A stretch of DNA of 27,213 nt from a virus (taxonomy: Duplodnaviria > Caudoviricetes). The position numbers and the translations under genes were made by a program. The stretch's first letter is position 1. Each line of letters begins with the position of its first letter. The notes under the pieces were generated by a model that saw only the letters and a program-made list of their open reading frames with translations, had not been told where the DNA came from and made no database searches. Of this stretch, positions 25,777 to 27,213 are shown piece after piece. Location: the IMG/VR virus record IMGVR_UViG_3300029171_000041, positions 1 through 27,213 of that record; one strand, 5' to 3'.

Positions 25777-26847
25777 TTATGACAACGTGCTGGACTGCGC
25801 CTCACGGCACAGGTCTACGAATTCTCGAACATCGGCGCTTGTGTTCGCCTTGATGTAGTCGATTGCCTCTTGCGAGATATTTTCTAGCAATTCGTTTGCT
25901 GCAAGGTCATCGCCAGACTCTGCGGCTTCTTCAATCACTGTCTTTATGTCAGTGATTCTGCTTTGCCCTTCTGTTATCAGATTGGTGACAATTTTCTTGT
26001 ACTTGCCGATCGTGCCTTTTTCAAAAGAATTGTAAAGACTTGTCTGCACGCCCTCATCAAGCGAAGTCATCAAGCAGAACATGCCGATGGAATCACTGTT
26101 AGTAATCAGCATATCAAAGTGCTTTTTCTGATCTTCGGAGTAGCCGTGAATTTCAGGCGATGTCAGGAGCGGCTCGAATTCTTCGTTCTGGTTCGACAGG
26201 TCTACCGCCATTGCAAGGCGCTCAAGGCTTTCTGTTTTAGGCCACAGCTTGAAGGCTTGGCGCACTACGGACTTCTTCGCCATTTCTTCATAGTCAGTCA
26301 TCCACGGGCCATGCCCTTTTTTGGCAGACTCAGACCGCCCCTTGATTTCGTCAATCTTCGCCTTGCTCATTTCCGTGGTCAGATACGCGCCTTTTGTCGT
26401 GCGAGCGACACAGTAAACACCAACCATTTCGCCACGGTCACTGAATGCCTGGTACTTGTGAGTCGGCATCTGGTCTATGCCGTTGTTCACGTATTCGTCA
26501 TTGGCGTACACAGACTTAGCTTGCACGAAGTCGATAGAGCCGGATTGAATAGCGAGGTCGCACATGCCCATGTAAGACGGGTCAAGGCACACTACGCCCT
26601 TACGCGGCACTAGATAGGCTTGCTTCTTTGCGGGGTTCAGGGATAGCCCTATGCTCGCCACGTTGGACATTGCCGATAGCAGTGAGGCTTTGTTGTTAAG
26701 AGCCGTCTTGAAAAGAAATTCATTCGCCAGTAAGTGCTGAACCGCGTAGCTTTGCTCCTGCTCGAAGTGCATCCAGACAGGCGCATTTTTGAACCGTTCT
26801 TCTGCTTTGCCGATGAATTCGACAAGTGCTTTCTGTTCTTCACTCAT
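25777..26847 (-). CDS. recT: RecT-family single-strand annealing recombinase
   Basis: GLSLNP..QAYLVPR..CLDPSYMG, VYAND, GVYCVA, GPW.TDYEEMAKKSVVRQAFKLWP; GGAG RBS. Confidence 0.9.
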   Translation of the reverse strand: MSEEQKALVEFIGKAEERFKNAPVWMHFEQEQSYAVQHLLANEFLFKTALNNKASLLSAMSNVASIGLSLNPAKKQAYLVPRKGVVCLDPSYMGMCDLAIQSGSIDFVQAKSVYANDEYVNNGIDQMPTHKYQAFSDRGEMVGVYCVARTTKGAYLTTEMSKAKIDEIKGRSESAKKGHGPWMTDYEEMAKKSVVRQAFKLWPKTESLERLAMAVDLSNQNEEFEPLLTSPEIHGYSEDQKKHFDMLITNSDSIGMFCLMTSLDEGVQTSLYNSFEKGTIGKYKKIVTNLITEGQSRITDIKTVIEEAAESGDDLAANELLENISQEAIDYIKANTSADVREFVDLCREAQSSTLS

Positions 26848-27040
26848 TGCTTATCTCCATTGCCGCAGCGATGCGAAGCGCATCCATCAGCGGCGTTTGT
26901 GCGTTGATTTTGGCCCTATCCGAATCTGTCAGGAAGGGGAGTGCTGCCGCGTACAGGACGCAGCGTGATGCAGGCTCAAGACCGAGCAGGTCACTTGTCA
27001 TCTTGCGGCTTCGCTTGGCGCGCTCGAAGTCGATTATCAT
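26840..27040 (-). CDS. Hypothetical protein
   Basis: ATG 27040 (MIIDFERAKR) in ATGA overlap with the upstream ORF; purine-rich RBS. Confidence 0.55.
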   Translation of the reverse strand: MIIDFERAKRSRKMTSDLLGLEPASRCVLYAAALPFLTDSDRAKINAQTPLMDALRIAAAMEISNE

Positions 27041-27213
27041 AGCTCCCACTCCTTCTCATATTCGTTGCGCAATTCGTAGTGAATTGCTTCGATCAGTGCC
27101 TTTCCTGCTAGCTGATAGGCAAGCAATTTGACCATTCCGTTTTTGTCCTCGGTATCTGCCATTTCGGCAGCGTGGGCAATCGCCTCGAATGTTAATGAGT
27201 CATCGTACTCGGC
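27037..27213 (-). CDS. Hypothetical protein, 5'-truncated by window edge
   Basis: Open frame from the edge: AEYDDSLTFEAIAHAAEMADTEDKNGMVKLLAYQLAGKALIEAIHYELRNEYEKEWEL-stop. Confidence 0.55.
   Translation of the reverse strand, partial: AEYDDSLTFEAIAHAAEMADTEDKNGMVKLLAYQLAGKALIEAIHYELRNEYEKEWEL

Larger units (their letters stand above)
18..27213. mobile_element. Tailed phage (Caudoviricetes) genome fragment, podovirus-like organisation
   Basis: Terminase-portal-scaffold-capsid-adaptor-nozzle-ejection proteins-fibre order, no tape measure or tail sheath gene, convergent arm with RecT and DUF551. No host genes or integrase in the window. Confidence 0.95.

Overview
The window is a 27 kb fragment of a tailed dsDNA phage with podovirus-type (short-tail) gene order, probably infecting a Gram-negative host. 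Bases 1-17 are a random-PCR primer left on the contig end. The + strand (81-21773) is the late/virion arm: putative TerS, TerL, two tandem paralogous small beta proteins, portal, an inserted accessory cassette (Ser/Thr/Asn-rich fibre-like protein, divergent GT-A glycosyltransferase, SAM methyltransferase, AFQ-repeat peptide), scaffold, major capsid, decoration protein, tail adaptor, nozzle, three putative ejection proteins and a tail fibre. It ends in a phospholipase A2-motif gene overlapping a small lipoprotein gene. The - strand (21770-27213) is a convergent early/middle arm: RecT, DUF551, several small ORFs, an HTH protein, a secreted matrixin-type metalloprotease, a Vsr-like endonuclease and a signal-bearing lytic transglycosylase. 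The best candidates for undescribed biology are (1) the head-module glycosylation/methylation cassette with candidate substrates and a structured leader, (2) a lysis-position PLA2 + lipoprotein pair with no recognisable holin or i-spanin, and (3) an extreme G/T strand skew over the terminase genes that reverses inside terL. All calls are by-eye motif recognition and synteny; no searches were run. Several starts were revised from the ORF track using RBS and stop/start overlaps.
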